A stretch of 64,000 bases of DNA from Spizellomyces punctatus DAOM BR117 (lineage: Eukaryota). The notes under the pieces were generated by a model. That model was not told the DNA's origin and searched no databases. It saw only the letters and a program-made list of their open reading frames with translations. The stretch lies in NCBI GenBank assembly GCA_000182565.2, contig KQ257457.1. The stretch is one strand, 5' to 3'. A program made the position numbers and the translations under genes. This document shows positions 1-14,146 of this stretch, one piece after another (within the stretch, counting starts at the first letter, position 1; every line of letters starts with the position of its first letter).

Positions 1-53
1 AGGAACGGAAAAAGTTGCAGCGAAGACTGGATGAATTGGAGTTGGGTATTTAA
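1..53 (+). CDS. Probable 3' end of a gene entering from the left edge (…ERKKLQRRLDELELGI*)
   Basis: Open frame 3..53 with coiled-coil-like composition ending in TAA, followed by AT/T-rich 3'UTR-like sequence; too short to identify. Confidence 0.35.
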   Translation, partial: ERKKLQRRLDELELGI

Positions 54-486
54 ATGTGACGGTAGACAAATAGTTTTTAGGAATAGGTTGAGAGTGTCGG
101 CGGGGAAGGGTATCCATCCTATAAGGGCAAGGAAGGATATCTCGTTGCTTCCTGTATCTTTTAGTTCCGCATTTTTTTTTTGATTTTCTAATTTTATTTT
201 GGAGACAGACTGCATTGTTTGGCTCAAGGAGTATGTCCACATTATCTAGTGATGTGCACGGTTACAGTTGTAGTATTGTGGATGGAGCGAGAACGGTGAG
301 GCGATTGGCCTCGTTGATTCACGTCAGCTTTGGGCAATGAATTCCTTTGCAGCCCTGATCACATTCGAGCCTTACGCCTGGTAAGGCCAAATGTATCTTT
401 GTTAATTATCAATATCAAGAGTAAAATCTCCCATCTCTACTATATACGAGTCAAACCCAATATCATGCATAAAAGCCCCCATTCTA

Positions 487-2394
487 CTAGTTAAACTGTT
501 GAACGCTTGTGATCCTTCCTGACCCACTTGCAGTCTCCACTATGGCATCAGTGGACTCTAGACGCGTTCTTCTATCGACAGCAGCAACGACCACATACTC
601 TGTTGACACCTTCTCCGCGGTAACCGTCACAACCATGTATCCATGGTCCTTCCCATTGCCAAACTTTAGATGAGGCTGGCTCATTCTCAAGCCAGCTACA
701 GCCACAGCGCCCGCACCAGGGCTGGTCACACTCGTGCCAACAAACTCCACCAACACCGATCCGCGCCCGGAAATGGGGCCGTATTTGAAGATATTGTATG
801 GGTCTTCTGGTACATCAAAGGCGAACGCTGTGTGAATGTCGCCAGTCAAGATGACAGTGTTTTGGATGTTATTGTCCGTAAGGTGCGACATGAGCCGAGC
901 TCGGGATGCGGGATATCCGTCCCAACTGTCTGCACCAGTCAACTGGCCCAGAATCTTCATTGGTGAAAAAGTGACTTGGTTGCCCAAAAGGCGCCATTGT
1001 TTGCCGCCTTGACTGGACTTTGAGAGTTCATTGTAAAGCCAGGATTCTTGATCCGCACCCAGGATCTAAAGTTCAAATGCAAGGATATGAGCCACCAGAA
1101 AAAAAAAAGAAACATTGCTGGAAATTGAGAAAAGTAACTCACAGATCGGCCGGGTGCATTGATTTCTTGTGTTTTCCTCAAATCCGTCTTATCTCTGCCA
1201 GCAATTCTCGTATCCAGCATTATCAAATCCAACAGCTTTCCAACATGGAAACTACGGTAAATCTTGCCCTTTCCATCAATCACGGCCGACCGAATGGGCA
1301 TGTATTCAAAGTATGCCCGCATGGCTGCAAGTTTGCGTTCTTCCCAAGGACCTTGCGTAGAAGGGTTGTGGTTCCCTGCGCCGTCTTTCCACGCGTTGTC
1401 GGCGAATTCATGATCGTCCCAAACGGTAATCCACGGGACGTTTTGGTGAGCGAGCTGTAGATCTGGATCAGTTTTGTATTGGGCGTGGCGGGTGCGGTAG
1501 TCTGAGAGTCTGTTGAGGGTAACATGTTGGCCGGTCTGTTGTAGTAAGACATGTCTCAAACCGTACACAAAACACTTACGTGACAATATCCTTGTCAGGT
1601 TGAGGAATGCGACCGATTGCTGTCCCATCACCGTACTTTTTGTTTGCATATTCATAGATGTAGTCCCCCAAATGCAGCACAACGTCCACATCTGTGCGGT
1701 GTGAGATGCCATTGTATGCATTGAAAAATCCATAAGGGAGGTTACTGCAGCTGACGACGGCCAATTTGTAGCTTTCAACGTCGGCATCCTCGGTAGGAAG
1801 CGTGTGGGTCTTGCCAATGGGAGATGTGGCAGTTCCGGAAGGGGTCTGAACCACAAAGCGGTAGTAGTAAGTAGTCGCGGGTTGGAGACCTTTTACGTCC
1901 ACTTTGACAGTGTAGTCCACGTCGGGGGTTGTCACCACTGTTCCATTCTGCACAAGCGAAGAAAATGCTTCTGTTGTTGAAACTTGGTAGGTTACTGGAA
2001 TGGCGGTATCTTGTGAGGTGACCTTTGTCCAGATGCTGATTCAAACAATGTCAGGAAGTGCTTACGACAGCCCTGGACGAAACAGCGTAAGAAACACTTA
2101 CATGACGGCATCTGACAACGGATCACCAGAGGCCACACCGTGCCCAAACTTCACAGTAGGAATGGGTGCCCCTTTTGACGGTCCTGATGGAGGAGGAGGC
2201 CGGGGTTTGGGCACTGGCTTACCAATCTGGATCTGTCGCCGCAGCAATTCATGATCGGGTTTTGTGACAGCAAGGGAAGGATAATTGACGATAGGCGAAT
2301 TGAAGGCCAGATTATCCTGGAACTCGACGGGGGATGCGACCGGAGCTGCCAAAGCCGCAACGGCAAAGAAGACGGGAACGAGTAGTACTTTCAT
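487..2394 (-). CDS. phoD: Secreted alkaline phosphatase D (PhoD family), multi-exon
   Basis: Signal peptide MKVLLVPVFFAVAALA, then a Pro-rich linker after LLRR. Motifs FGHGVASGDP, DYTVKVDV, HLGDYIYEY, WDDHEFADN, DSWDGYPASR and LTGDIH. Intron 2036..2101 restores VIIWTKV; further introns near 1500-1580 and 1066-1140. Confidence 0.93.
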
Positions 2395-3945
2395 GAGGTA
2401 TAAAATCCACCTTCTTGGTTTGCAAGATGCTGCAGAGAGGTGACAGGTCGACGTTGGTCTTACCGCTGCAGGAAAGGACACAAATTCAGGTCCGTCCTTT
2501 TTAAAGGACCCCACATTCTTCCCCCGTGGAACGTTCTCTTTTCATGAACCAACCAAGCAACAACAAAATGCGGACCACAAGTACTGGCAGTATGGAAGCA
2601 TGCATGCAATTTTGAATAATAATGGGCATTTGATCGTCTTTTGATTTTCTTTTTTTTTGGTCAGCTCAAGCGGTTTACTTTTGACATTTCACGCCTTTTG
2701 CTGGCATTTAACGGCCTTTGCACGCAGGCACGTGGAGCTGATTTCGACCGCTTTTTTCCTGTGCGTGCATTCTTTATGTGCCTTTTTCTGTTGATTGCCT
2801 TTATTGCCATGTTTTTACCATCTTTTTTTAGGGGGATTTTCCAATTGGGAACTTTGGAAAACGGGAAGTTTACGTTAGGACTAATTAAAGAAATTGACGG
2901 ATGGCAAAATGAAAAAAAAATGGGCAACACTCACCCATGCCATATGTATGATAAGAAGCCGGATTTGTTGTGGACAGTTCTAATGTCCTTTTTGCAGTAG
3001 AGCACGTTCGTGTTATTGGACAACGTCAAACCAAGATGCTGCATTGGAGGTGTTTACGATCATTGTCTTGTTCAACGTATGGGATGTCAAGTGGTATATT
3101 TATGATTCCGGGAACTTGGGGAACCCCGATGCGGGAACTCCGATTGAAAAAAAAAAACCTCATTCTCGTATGGAGGGAGACTCTAGGCGCCAAGGGTTCA
3201 CCAGCGAATACCTTGTGCACTTGGCCTCTCTTGCACGTTTTCTTTGATGCACGTGCTGTTTTAACAACTAGCGATGCTCGGCTACATATTTAAACGACTG
3301 ATTCCTTTGGCCCTTTGGCTACTGCATTTCCCTGCAGCATTCCTTGACAAGATGCATTGTTGAAAATGTCTTTTCTTCCATGTTATCGTTGCAGTTGAAA
3401 AAGTTCCAGCACCCAATAAACACTTATCAATCACGCGAGTCGTTCTTGCAACCTCAAATCCCGCGTTGTAGGTGATCACACTGTGCACACAACCTAGTTG
3501 GCACCTCAGCGTCGAAACAGTCTGGTCCATCAACAGTGGATGTTCATTCCCCTCGTAGGTTGTCGACATGAGTGATGCAGCAGCGCACTAGGGTAAGCCC
3601 TCGGACCCTTTTTTCAGTCCGTGACCGTGCATCGGCTGCTGATAGCAGGCATGTCTGCATACACAATGGACAAAAAAAAACGACAAGATCTGTAGTGAGA
3701 CAAGTCGTTTGGAAATAAGGAACCAATTTCACACATCCAAGATTCAATTCTAGAATGCATTCGAGTGTATGTGATCGGAAATTGGCCGCAGAAATTTAAA
3801 GCTTTGGGTGACTGTGCCTTCATTCAAGTAAGCGGCCGTCACACGACAAAAGAAGCGTTGAACTTTGAGTTTTCCAGATGTGTGCTTTTTGTTCCTTGTT
3901 AACGTCTTTTACTTACAGTTTTCTTTCTTCTGTACATTGTTGACG

Positions 3946-6231
3946 ATGGTCGCAGTTGGCGTCGTCGTAGGAATCGTGCTGGGGGTGGTATGCATCTTCT
4001 TGTTCGCCTTTGTTGTTCATCAAATGAGAAAGGGCTCAAAAACGATACAAAGCGATACATTGGCGGATGAGACTACTAGAGGACACGATACAGCAGAGAA
4101 GGGGCTAGTGGAGCATGGTACCAATGCACTGCAAGTGCAAGACAGGTCGCTGGAAAATGCTCCACGGTCAACATCAGAGCAGACATTGTCTGAAAACGAA
4201 AGCAAGGGAAAAAGTGAGCTGGTATCACTGACCCTTCAAAAGTCAGTACAACCAGAACAGAGCATTCCACGCACGTCCATCGACCGCTCCCGCTCCCCTA
4301 TCAACCGCGTACGTACTCCTACCTCTCCCCTATCCCAAGTTACGAATGGCACAACGCTCGCTTCGGACGATGACCGAAGAAGTATCACAACAGCAGCCTC
4401 TTCAATAACAACTCGCAAAAATAGTACTGGAAGTGTGGTGCTGAGGGCGTCCGTCGACCTTCCACGACGGACAGCAAGCCTGGAAGCAAATGCGGGGAAG
4501 GGTGGGGCAGCGGCCATTGTTGCACCACGATTGTTGGGCACGCAGCTTGCACTTCATTGGTTCAGAAGGAAAGTGTCAGATGAAATTACTGTCAAGGCTG
4601 GGGTGAGTACTGTGCATTTTTATTCATGAAATGACTTTATCCTCACTCACGTTATGCATGTCCAGGACCCAATGTCCATTTACCAAACCTACCGTGACGG
4701 CTGGTGTCTCGGAATGAACTGGCGCTCTGGACAGTCTGGAGTATTTCCCCTTGCTGCAATTTCTCCTGAAGAAGCACAAAAGTTGGCGTCTGAATACCCA
4801 GAACCAGACGCACCACCCACTGACTCCCCTCTGCCGTCTATCACGTCACCATCTCCTGTACCGCCGCCCTCATCACCCGATCCGGTCACGTCTTCACTTT
4901 TGTACAGTTTGAATTTATCAGGGGCAGCGCCAAATGCCTCGCATTACTCCCTAACATCGTCTTCAGTTCCGTCTTCGACGCATTGGGGTGTGAGGGAGCT
5001 GAAACCAAGAGGGTTCCGTCGACCGAGCGTAGACAGAGAACGGGCGAGTAATTCTGGGCGGATATCAGCAAGACCTGGCAGACCAGATGTGGTGGCTGAC
5101 CCGGAAGTCTCTGACCTCGCCGCTGTTTACTTGGCTGCTATGGACAAGATGGATGATGAAAGCAATGTTCTCTCTCCTATTTACCGAGACTCGTACACCT
5201 CCCTCCAAACTCACGCTGAGCGCCTGGCCATAAGCCTCAACTCGGTTTCTCCCCATCCGGTTGCATCGTCCCTGCAGAAACAAGCCGGCAAGCTGGTTGA
5301 AGATATATCGGTTGCTTCTAAAGAGATTGCTTCGGAAATACCCAAGGATCCTAAACGGGCCTCCCGAATGTCTATTCCCGAAGCGAGAAAATCGGTTCTT
5401 CAATTGCATAATGAAGTGACCAAATTCTTTGATGAAGTCTTCACAGATACGGATAACGTACCGCCTGTGCCGCCGATTCCAGACTTTGTGCGTAGAGTGT
5501 CGGGAGATGCACAACAAGACGATGCCGAAGGAAGTGAGCTGCTGGCTACGGAAGATGAGGATGAGCCCAGGAGGAACTCATTCGTAAATGAATCCAATGA
5601 TGGGTCACCTTTATCTGTCGTGTCCGGTACCGGCCCATTACACCCGTCCTCTGAAGACATCTCTCAGAGTCCGACGCACCAGGCACAATCTGAAAAGGTG
5701 GCCATTCCTGAAGACGATGACGCGGACGATGATATCCCATTGCATGTTATTGCGGAGCAGGCTAATGCTGTGCAAAACAATCAGTCGACTCCTGAAATAG
5801 CAGATACCGCGGACAGAACCTCTGCAGAGGATGAGCACCCGAAAATGGTGGAAGTGGAAGAACACAAAGCTCTGGAAGCGCAAGTGAATGACGATAATGG
5901 TCAACATGATCAACAGAATGAAGATGCCGCATTGGTAGTCATCGATGCCGACACTCAATCCGAGGATCTAGAACAGCCGGCGGGAGCAGAGCCATTAGCT
6001 GTTATAACTGCTACGATGGCTGACACCGAACCAGAACAGTTAACGCAGCAGATTGATGACCAGGAATCCCAGATATTAGACAATGAGCCCCCCTCCATAG
6101 TCAAAGTGGAAACAGCCTCTCAGGAGCCGCAAAGTAAAATCGATGACCACCTGATTTCGGACACCACACACCAGAAAACCACCCCCGTGTTAGAAGAATC
6201 CATCCTTCAGGCGCCTACTGCGACTGCCTGA
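3946..6231 (+). CDS. Single-pass membrane protein with SH3 domain and long acidic disordered tail
   Basis: N-terminal TM (VAVGVVVGIVLGVVCIFLFAFVV). Splicing about 4603..4666 gives SH3 ALHWFRRKVSDEITVKAGDPMSIYQTYRDGWCLGMNWRSGQSGVFPL. Pro-rich and D/E-rich C-terminal region. Confidence 0.82.
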
Positions 6232-6661
6232 TCCTGGCACGCTGGCGGCTACCATCCATGACACCTCGCTTCCAATATGACCTCTGCTGTTTTGGACCCC
6301 ATGTAGTAAACCATTTATTATAGATTCTAAATAGACCCCCAAAAGAATAGATTTTTTTTTTAGAATTGGTAGTTTGTTGAAAGCGTTTGGAAAATTAAAG
6401 TTGCGATTGCAAGGGCACATGATGACATAATACAAGCCACATTAGCCAGATTACGTGGCTTAAATGTTTACGCATGGGGGCAGTGAAGATATCAATGATC
6501 TCTCCTTCCTTCCGAACTGTATTTTAGGATATTCAGCCTTTCAACCGTGCTTGGCATCTTTTTGATTTTTTTTATACCTCATGATTGTACGGTGATAGGT
6601 TTCCTTTTCTCTTGTAAAGTTCTCCTTTTCTCTTTAAGTTTTTGTGGGTGGATTTGACGAC

Positions 6662-7991
6662 ATGGCTGAGGTGATCACATCTGTCGAGAATGGTCCCAGT
6701 AATCTCGAATCTCAACCACAAATCCAACCACAATCCGAATCCGCAACCCAAGAGGAGTCCAACACAACGGCCGCACCCGACTCTTCCGCAAATCCAAATT
6801 CGGCGCCCACTCACGGCCGTCGACGGACATTTCTGCAGAAACTGTGGCTCATTGTTGAAACCACATACAATGTCATCCACCTGCTTATCCTTATCATCTT
6901 TCTCTCCTTGTATCGATCATCTTGCGATGCACCGCTGAATGTTTACCTGATTGGTTTACTCGTCATGGAGGTGGTCTACGGGGTGCCGGCCAAACCCATC
7001 ATGTATTTCGTGGACCGGCGACCAGAATGGCGGACGAGCAATGTTTGGAGGAGAGTGAGAAAGTTGTGGGGGACTTGTGCGGGGGTGGATGTCGTGTGGT
7101 TTGTTGTTGGAAATGTGTGGGTTTTCAGGAGCCAGACTTGGTATGCTTTGCTTTGTGTCGTTTTTGGCCACCACTTGTGCTCGTACTGATTGTCGTTTGA
7201 TGCTTTATCTTAGCAAGACGCAGAATCCCCAGCTCTACTGGCTTACTTTTGCCGAAATTATTGTTCGATACGCCACGATTGTCCTTCCCCTAACCCTCTT
7301 CCTCATCCTTCTCTGCGTTTTCCGGGGCCGTGTTCGCCGAGATATGCTGGGGTACCCAGAACTCCAAACAGGGTTAACCCCTCTGGAACTCACCCGCCTC
7401 AAAACCTTTTCCTTTAATGAACTTTCCCTCCCATCTCAGGTTGAAATCATTGTAGATGACTCTTCACATACCCCAAATTCCCACTTGTGCTCTGTTTGTC
7501 TCACCGAATACGCCCCGCACGATCGATTAAGAGAGCTGGCATGTCATCACCGGTTCCATAAAGCATGTATCGATCAATGGCTGTTGGATGATCCCCGTAC
7601 GTTGACGGGTGGACATCGGACTTGTCCGCTTTGTGTACGGGAGGCGATAAAAGAAGAAGATCGGGATCCAGAATGGGTTGCGAGAAAGAAGAGGGCAGAT
7701 GAAATTGAGAGAACAGTTGAGGGGGATATGAGGAGGGCGGTGGAGGAGAGTAGGAGCGAAGCTGTGAGGAGAGCTGAGGCCGCCAGCGGAAGTGGGGAAG
7801 GTGGGGCACCTGCAAATGCAGGTAACGCCCCAGGATCTGAAGATACCGGTGGGGAGGTCAGTGGAAATCGGGAGAGTAGTGCCCCAACAAGGGCCGACGC
7901 TAACGGGCGGGAAAGCACAGAGTCAGTGGGAGAGTCTTGTGCTCGGCCTTCTGTGGAGGAGGTGCGGACAGAATCTATACAACAAACATAA
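6662..7991 (+). CDS. Transmembrane RING-H2 E3 ubiquitin ligase
   Basis: About four hydrophobic segments followed by CSVC…CHHRFHKAC…W…CPLC (C3H2C3); one intron at about 7141..7213. Confidence 0.88.
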
Positions 7992-8322
7992 ACGCGCAAT
8001 GTAACAAATATATACTATGTAGTTGCATACCTCATGCGTCGTAACCCTTAACAAGACCTAGAGGATATCTCTTCTCTAGTATGAGCCAACAGCGTTGATA
8101 ACTGATCCCGATCAGTGGAACTGATAGTATCTGTGAAAAGAACCCCACAGCCGCGCCAATAGCGCTGTCAAAAACAGCGTAGGATAGGCGACCTTTATAG
8201 GCACGAATATATGGTACACAAAGTACAATACAAAATGTATTCTGTAAATCATCCTAATAATGAACATGAAAAGAAGCATAAAAAAAAACCATAGCAGTCT
8301 ATATATCCAATGCAAGATAATA

Positions 8323-10164
8323 CTAATGTGCAGCGAAAACAATGCTCCCGCCACCAATGTCCTCTAAACAACGCCCCTTGGTCTCCGGGACTCTAATGTA
8401 CACGAAAGCCCATCCAATCACCACCGCACCAGCGTAAATCAAGAATGTGCCGGCGGGAGTAATGAGGTGAGTAATTGTAAGGAAAGTAATTGATATGAGA
8501 AAGTTTGTAAACTGTAAAGAAAAGGTGTCGGTTCGGTATTTTGCAATCAATAAAGAAAGGGAAAACTTACCCAGTTGGCTGCGATCGCAACACCGGCGCC
8601 CTTGCCGCGGATTTCGAGAGGGAAGATCTCAGAGATAATGATCCAGGGAACGCAACCTGAAAAATGTACTCATCAGTTTTTTGGTTAACCTTGAAAAAGG
8701 CACAGAGGAAATAGAGCGACATACCTAATCCAATCGCATAAAAGAACACATATAGAACCAAACTCAATAATGCAACCCAACTGACTCCAGACACTTGTCC
8801 CACTCGATCACCAGTAGCCAGGACGGTCCCCTCCACAGCTCCAGAACTCAACACATGAAATGTTGCGCTTAAAACTATCAATCCCGCCGCGACGCCTACA
8901 AGCGTTGTCAGTAGCAGCCATCGTCGGCCGGTTCGGTCAATGAGGCGCATTGCTGTTAGCGAGCCAAAACAGTTGGCTAGTGCAATGAAGGTTGAAAAGA
9001 GGATCGCAGATGATTTGGAGGGGAAGCCGGCCATACGGAGGATGGTAGCGGAATAATACATGATAGTATTGATTCTAGCCAAGGATTGGGTTAATGCTTG
9101 ACACAGCCGAAAGCCATCTAAAACACTATGAAACCCACCCACTAAATTGCTGCAGAACCTGCAATCCAACGGCTATCATCAACGCTGCTCGGTACTCTGC
9201 ATTCAAAAGCATCTCTTTAAACGGAACCTCCTCTACGATGTGACTCAGGCTCTGCTTTATTGACTCAACCTCAGACTCCAGCTCCTCACTCGTAGTCTTA
9301 CTGGGCCGGACACTCGCCAGAACATCATACGCCTCTCTTGTGCGTCCTTTCTGAACAAGGTACCTTGGGCTCATAGGCATCAAGCTCATGCCAAAACACT
9401 GAATTACCGCCGGAACGGCAGCAAGTCCCAACATCAGTCTCCAATTGCCGCTCGAATGGGGGTCATCTGGGGAATCAGATAAGGCGTAGGCAACGAGATA
9501 CGAAACAAGCTGGCCAAGCGCAATGAAAAACGCATTGAAATTGACCAACATCCCTCTGATAGCTGGTGGCGAAAGTTCTGCAATATACACAGGCACTGCA
9601 GCACCGGACCCCACAGCAGCACCTGCAATCAACCTTCCAAGCAACAATAGCCCCCATCCACCTGCCACAGCCATGATAACGGCCCCCAAAACAAACACAA
9701 CAGATGCTCCCACAATAACATATTTCCGCCCCCATAGATCTGTCATCTTTCCAGCCGCCAGACCACCCGCAACAGCACCCGCAATGACACCGGAAACAAT
9801 CAATTCTGTTTCAAAGTTGGAAAGCGAGAACTCGTCTTGGATGTACAGCGTTGCGCCAGAGATGATGCCTGTGTCGTAGCCTCCCAAGAATCCACCGAGT
9901 GCTGCACACGAAGAGAGAAGAACAATACGGACGTTGGACGGAATACGCCATTTGGAAGGAGCACTGGAAACAAGAGGTGTGGCTGGCCTTATTGAGTCGT
10001 CTGAGAAACATGGACAGAAAAGATAAGCCATTACGTGCCAAGGAATTTAAAGATTCATCATTAAGATTAGCCATTCTCCTACCATCATCCTGCTGCACGT
10101 TCAAGAGCGCGGCGCTTGACGTGTCTTGTGAAGAGGTCTCCAGCGACCGGTAGGAGGAAGTCAT
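8323..10164 (-). CDS. MFS sugar porter, myo-inositol transporter (ITR/HMIT)-like
   Basis: GGFLGGYDTGIISGA, DLWGRK, VPVYIAELSPPAIRG, QQFSG-INTIMYYS, IDRTGRR and PETKG motifs; introns at about 10002-10082, 9077-9137, 8658-8723 and 8514-8570. Confidence 0.9.
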
Positions 10165-10586
10165 GACCAACAATGTAGTCCTCGACAAAGGGACCAAATG
10201 CAGATACAACAAGTCAAGCTGCTGCGGGCTCCAGTTTTTCTCTTGTTACTGCTTATTCTTTTCTTGTTGAGCTCGTCCTTGGGTTATCGTCAAAGTGTGG
10301 ATAACAAGTCGTCTTGGAAAACTCAAAAGGTTCAAGAAGGGACCCGCACCAAAGTGGATCATCTGCCAGCCACACGCCACACGTAAGCCACATGGATCGG
10401 ATACAATATGACATAATCACACTTTCAAGATAGAGAGATATCAAGCAACGAATATCACACCTTCACGATGTATTGGCAATCACCTCCACACTATGCAAAA
10501 ATGCTTTACCTATACCATCATAACACAACCTCGCACACAAAATTACAGAAAATCAAGGAATAAATAATCACCCAACCCCCAATCCT

Positions 10587-13500
10587 CTAAAATTTGTAAA
10601 TCTCAACTTCATATTCTTCACCTCGCACATCTTCCACCATCCGTCTCCATCGTTTACCTTTGCCCTTATCCTTCTGTTCTACTTCACGCTTCTTCTCCTC
10701 AAAAATACCATAGAGCGGGCCTAAAAGTCGTGAGTTCATGATGGAGATCCGGGTGGTGTCATACGAGATGGTTTGGTGGAGGGTTTGAAGGAGAGATTCC
10801 AATTCGCGCGCGTGAAGGAGAGTAGAAAAGTGTGCATCTAACAGGAGCGTGAGCGTGTCGATTGCCTGGTCAAGATGGTTCAGTTAAAATATGGTTCACA
10901 ACGCCGGATGTCGGATTTAATACTTACCGTCGCCCATTCAGCAAAACTTCCAGGTTGAGGTCCAATATTTCCAGTAGATTTCTCGTCTGCCCACATCCAC
11001 CACAATGCAGTTCTCGACCCATCCAAGTCCATCTCGTCTTCACCCTTGTTAACCCTCAATACATTGGACACCCATCCCAATATGGTCCCCAAGTCCCTGG
11101 CTCCAAGTCGTTTCCGCATCGCCTGAGCCATAAATGTATCCGTACGTGGTCGGGAAAATACAAGACGGAAGAAATGCGCTTGACCGGGCGTGCATGCGGT
11201 TATGATGGGATCCAGTGCAGATGATGAAATTTCCGCCTGGTGGGCTCGCTGCTCAGCCTGTTCGAGTTTCTCAGCTTCTTCTGCACCATTCACTTCGACA
11301 TCATTTGCTTTGTCTTCTTCTTCGGTCTCACTCTGCCACTCTGCCACCTTCATGCGCTCTGGATGTGGAGTCCCAGGTACTACCTGCCGCGATTTTCTCG
11401 CATCTTTTTCTTTGGATTCTAACCAATCAGCTAGCTTCTTCGCTCGTATCGTCCGCCCAGAGGTCTTCCACCTTCCTTCTTCCGCCCCACACACATATCG
11501 GAGTACCTCTACTAGCTCGGTCTCACCCAAATCCGACACATGCTTCAAAGCAGCTTGGATAATATACAAGTCTTCTCGTTCCAGAGCCGCGCCAATGATG
11601 CCCCCTTCAACTGAACGGGATGTCGCGCAACCACTGCGGAGAAGGTATTGAATTGTGTGTCTTGGCCAAAACTTGGTTGGATTTGAAAAGCATCGACGTA
11701 GAATGGTGAAGAGGGCAGGGTAGGAGAGTTCGACGCGCGGGAGTTTGGAGATAACTGATCGATCTGGGGGACATGTCAAATACTTTGGAAGAGACTGTGT
11801 CTGGTCAACGTCAGTGTCCGCCTTCTGCTGGTCTTCTTGTGTCTTCTCCTTCTTAGGCATTACACCATTCACCTTTGGCACTGTTGACTGCGTTGTAACT
11901 GCGTCCCGTTTCCCGTTACCTTCCAAAGTTTCCAGCTCTCGCAATTCCAGTAACTTCTTTTGCATCCATTCACAAAACAACTTGTTGAACTGTCCCTCAT
12001 TCACAGCAGGATCCAGCAACTTTGCGACATACTCTCGACTCAGCTGATCCGAATCCGCAAGCTGCATATTCCAGGACTCAATCTCGGGTCCCGCTACCGG
12101 TGGAGAAACAAGTCCAACTGTCGCCATGCCCAAACCAACGGGTTCGATCACGTTGGCTTCGAGTTTGGATCCCAAGCTGTCGGCACCGTCCGCCAACAGA
12201 GGCTTTCGTAGCTTGCCCAACACAGACAGCATAGTTAGTGGAGAGCAGTGATAGGGGATAAATGTGACGGTTGAAGAGAAGGAGACCGGAGAATGATGGG
12301 AGATGACACTACTGGCGACACTGACAACGGGGCCGGTAAGAGGGGATTTGATCACTGTGGTGTGGAAGACACGAGACGAGGCGCCAACTTCGCTGCCAGC
12401 GGCATTTAAAACCTTCTCGTAATGTAGGGCCCCGTACTCTGTATCCCATATGGTTAACACCTCCTCTACTCCAGCATCTTTCCACCTTCTGTAGCCCACG
12501 ATTGAGATATAGCTAGCATCCAGGGGTGAGATGCTAATACTTGAAGGACCTCGAGCGCGGTGACTATTTAGATTCGACGGCACTTCGAATTTTGCAAGTT
12601 TGAGAGTAAATGACAGACTCTCTCGCAACAGCTTGCTAATTCCATCGAACTGATATACCCTGACTGCCGCATTGGAATATACTACAGTCAAAACATTCCT
12701 CTCCACCTGATACGCAAACGCCATGGGAATGACCGGACCCTCTTCCTGTCCCTTTACCGTATTCATATGCTCCACAGGTACACTCATCTCCACCTCTGAG
12801 AGTAATTCGACATGAACAGCTCCTGTTCGCTTCGCCGATACAGAATGGGTACGAATTGTGTAGCGACCTCTCTCGTGCTGCACAATGGAAAGGACGCGCA
12901 ATGATCGCCATTCCTCCTCCCCGTCGTCTGCCGTAGTAAACGTGGTGGACCAAACAACACGGGCGTTCGTGGTAGAAGGTGCTGACCAGGTTGTCAGCGT
13001 TTCGAGAGTTCTAGACGTTACGGTGATGCCGCCTTCGATATGTACAATGACCAAATAGCCGTCATTTGCCGAAGGAGAAGGAATGAACGTCGACAAGTGG
13101 TAGATCTCATTTTTAAACTTTGGGCATAAACACATCAGTCATTGCATGGACGGTGGCATACGGAAAAATGTCAAGCAACCCAACCTTTTTCGAACTATCC
13201 GGCTTTCCAGCAACCAGAGTTACCTCTTCCGCGTCCCCTTGCACCTCAGCAACCTTCCACATCCACACCAATCGCTTTTCTTCACGCGCCGCCACATCTG
13301 CTCCACAATCAATCACCGCATACACGTTCCCAGCAAGTGCACTCGAGAGTGAAAGATCTGTATCAGCATCTGCATCTATGGGTGTGATGTCTAGAGAGCC
13401 TGTATTTGGACCTTGTTGCGAAGACGGTGCTGGGAGATATCGGGCAGGAGAGGCGAAGAGATGGCCCGGTGGGACGGACCATGAATGAAGGCATTGCTGT

Positions 13501-13845
13501 CTTGCAAGCTGCGTAAAAAAAATGTTGGGTTACTACCATGCTGTGCTTGACTCTTCAGGTACTACATACGTCGTAAAGATATATTGCAGCGCCTTGCACA
13601 GTCACAACTGTCGCAGAGTGATCTCCATTATCGTCGCCAAACAAATGCTCCGGTACTGATGCAGCTAGAAACCCTTGAGGTAGAGACCGCTTAGAGGATA
13701 TGTCTCTCTCCTTTGTATTTTCCTTCTTTGTCGGTTGTGGTTTCGAGATATCCCTCTGAGAGAGGGATATCCGTTTGGGAAGGCCAACTGTATACGGGTG
13801 AGGCGTGAGTAAATACGGTTCTTGTATTCTGACCGATTGTGCCAT
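10587..13845 (-). CDS. UTP8: Utp8/NOL11-like t-UTP (SSU processome) subunit
   Basis: N-terminus IQEPYLL…VVTVQGAAIYLYD…LHSWSVPPG…FASPA. C-terminus IDTLTLLLDAHFS…YEVEIYKF resembles recalled Utp8/NOL11 C-termini (LLLDANF…YSIEVL). Central 751-aa open exon. Confidence 0.7.
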
Positions 13846-14146
13846 GTCTTTGTGCGGATGGGGGTCAATCTGTAATTGAATGAACGGCAACGATCTTCAA
13901 AATGCCCCACCACGACAGCGAGCTTTGAACTTCCACCAAAAACAATTCACAGCTGAAGTCTGCGCCTCTCACATGATATGAGTCACATGACTGATGGTAG
14001 ACTGATGGAGGGGGAAATCTCTGCCGTCTCGAAGGGCGTCAATCGTAGCCGACCACCACGCCGTGGCAAGCGAACCATCAAATAACGCTACTGAGGGATC
14101 TGCTCCTTGTTCAACCTGAAGCTATCCCTCTCTGACGCCGGACAGT

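Noticed and set aside
2641-3000. 119-aa Phe-rich plus ORF and the overlapping Lys-rich minus ORF
   Set aside because: Product of T-rich intergenic sequence; TTG start and no motifs.
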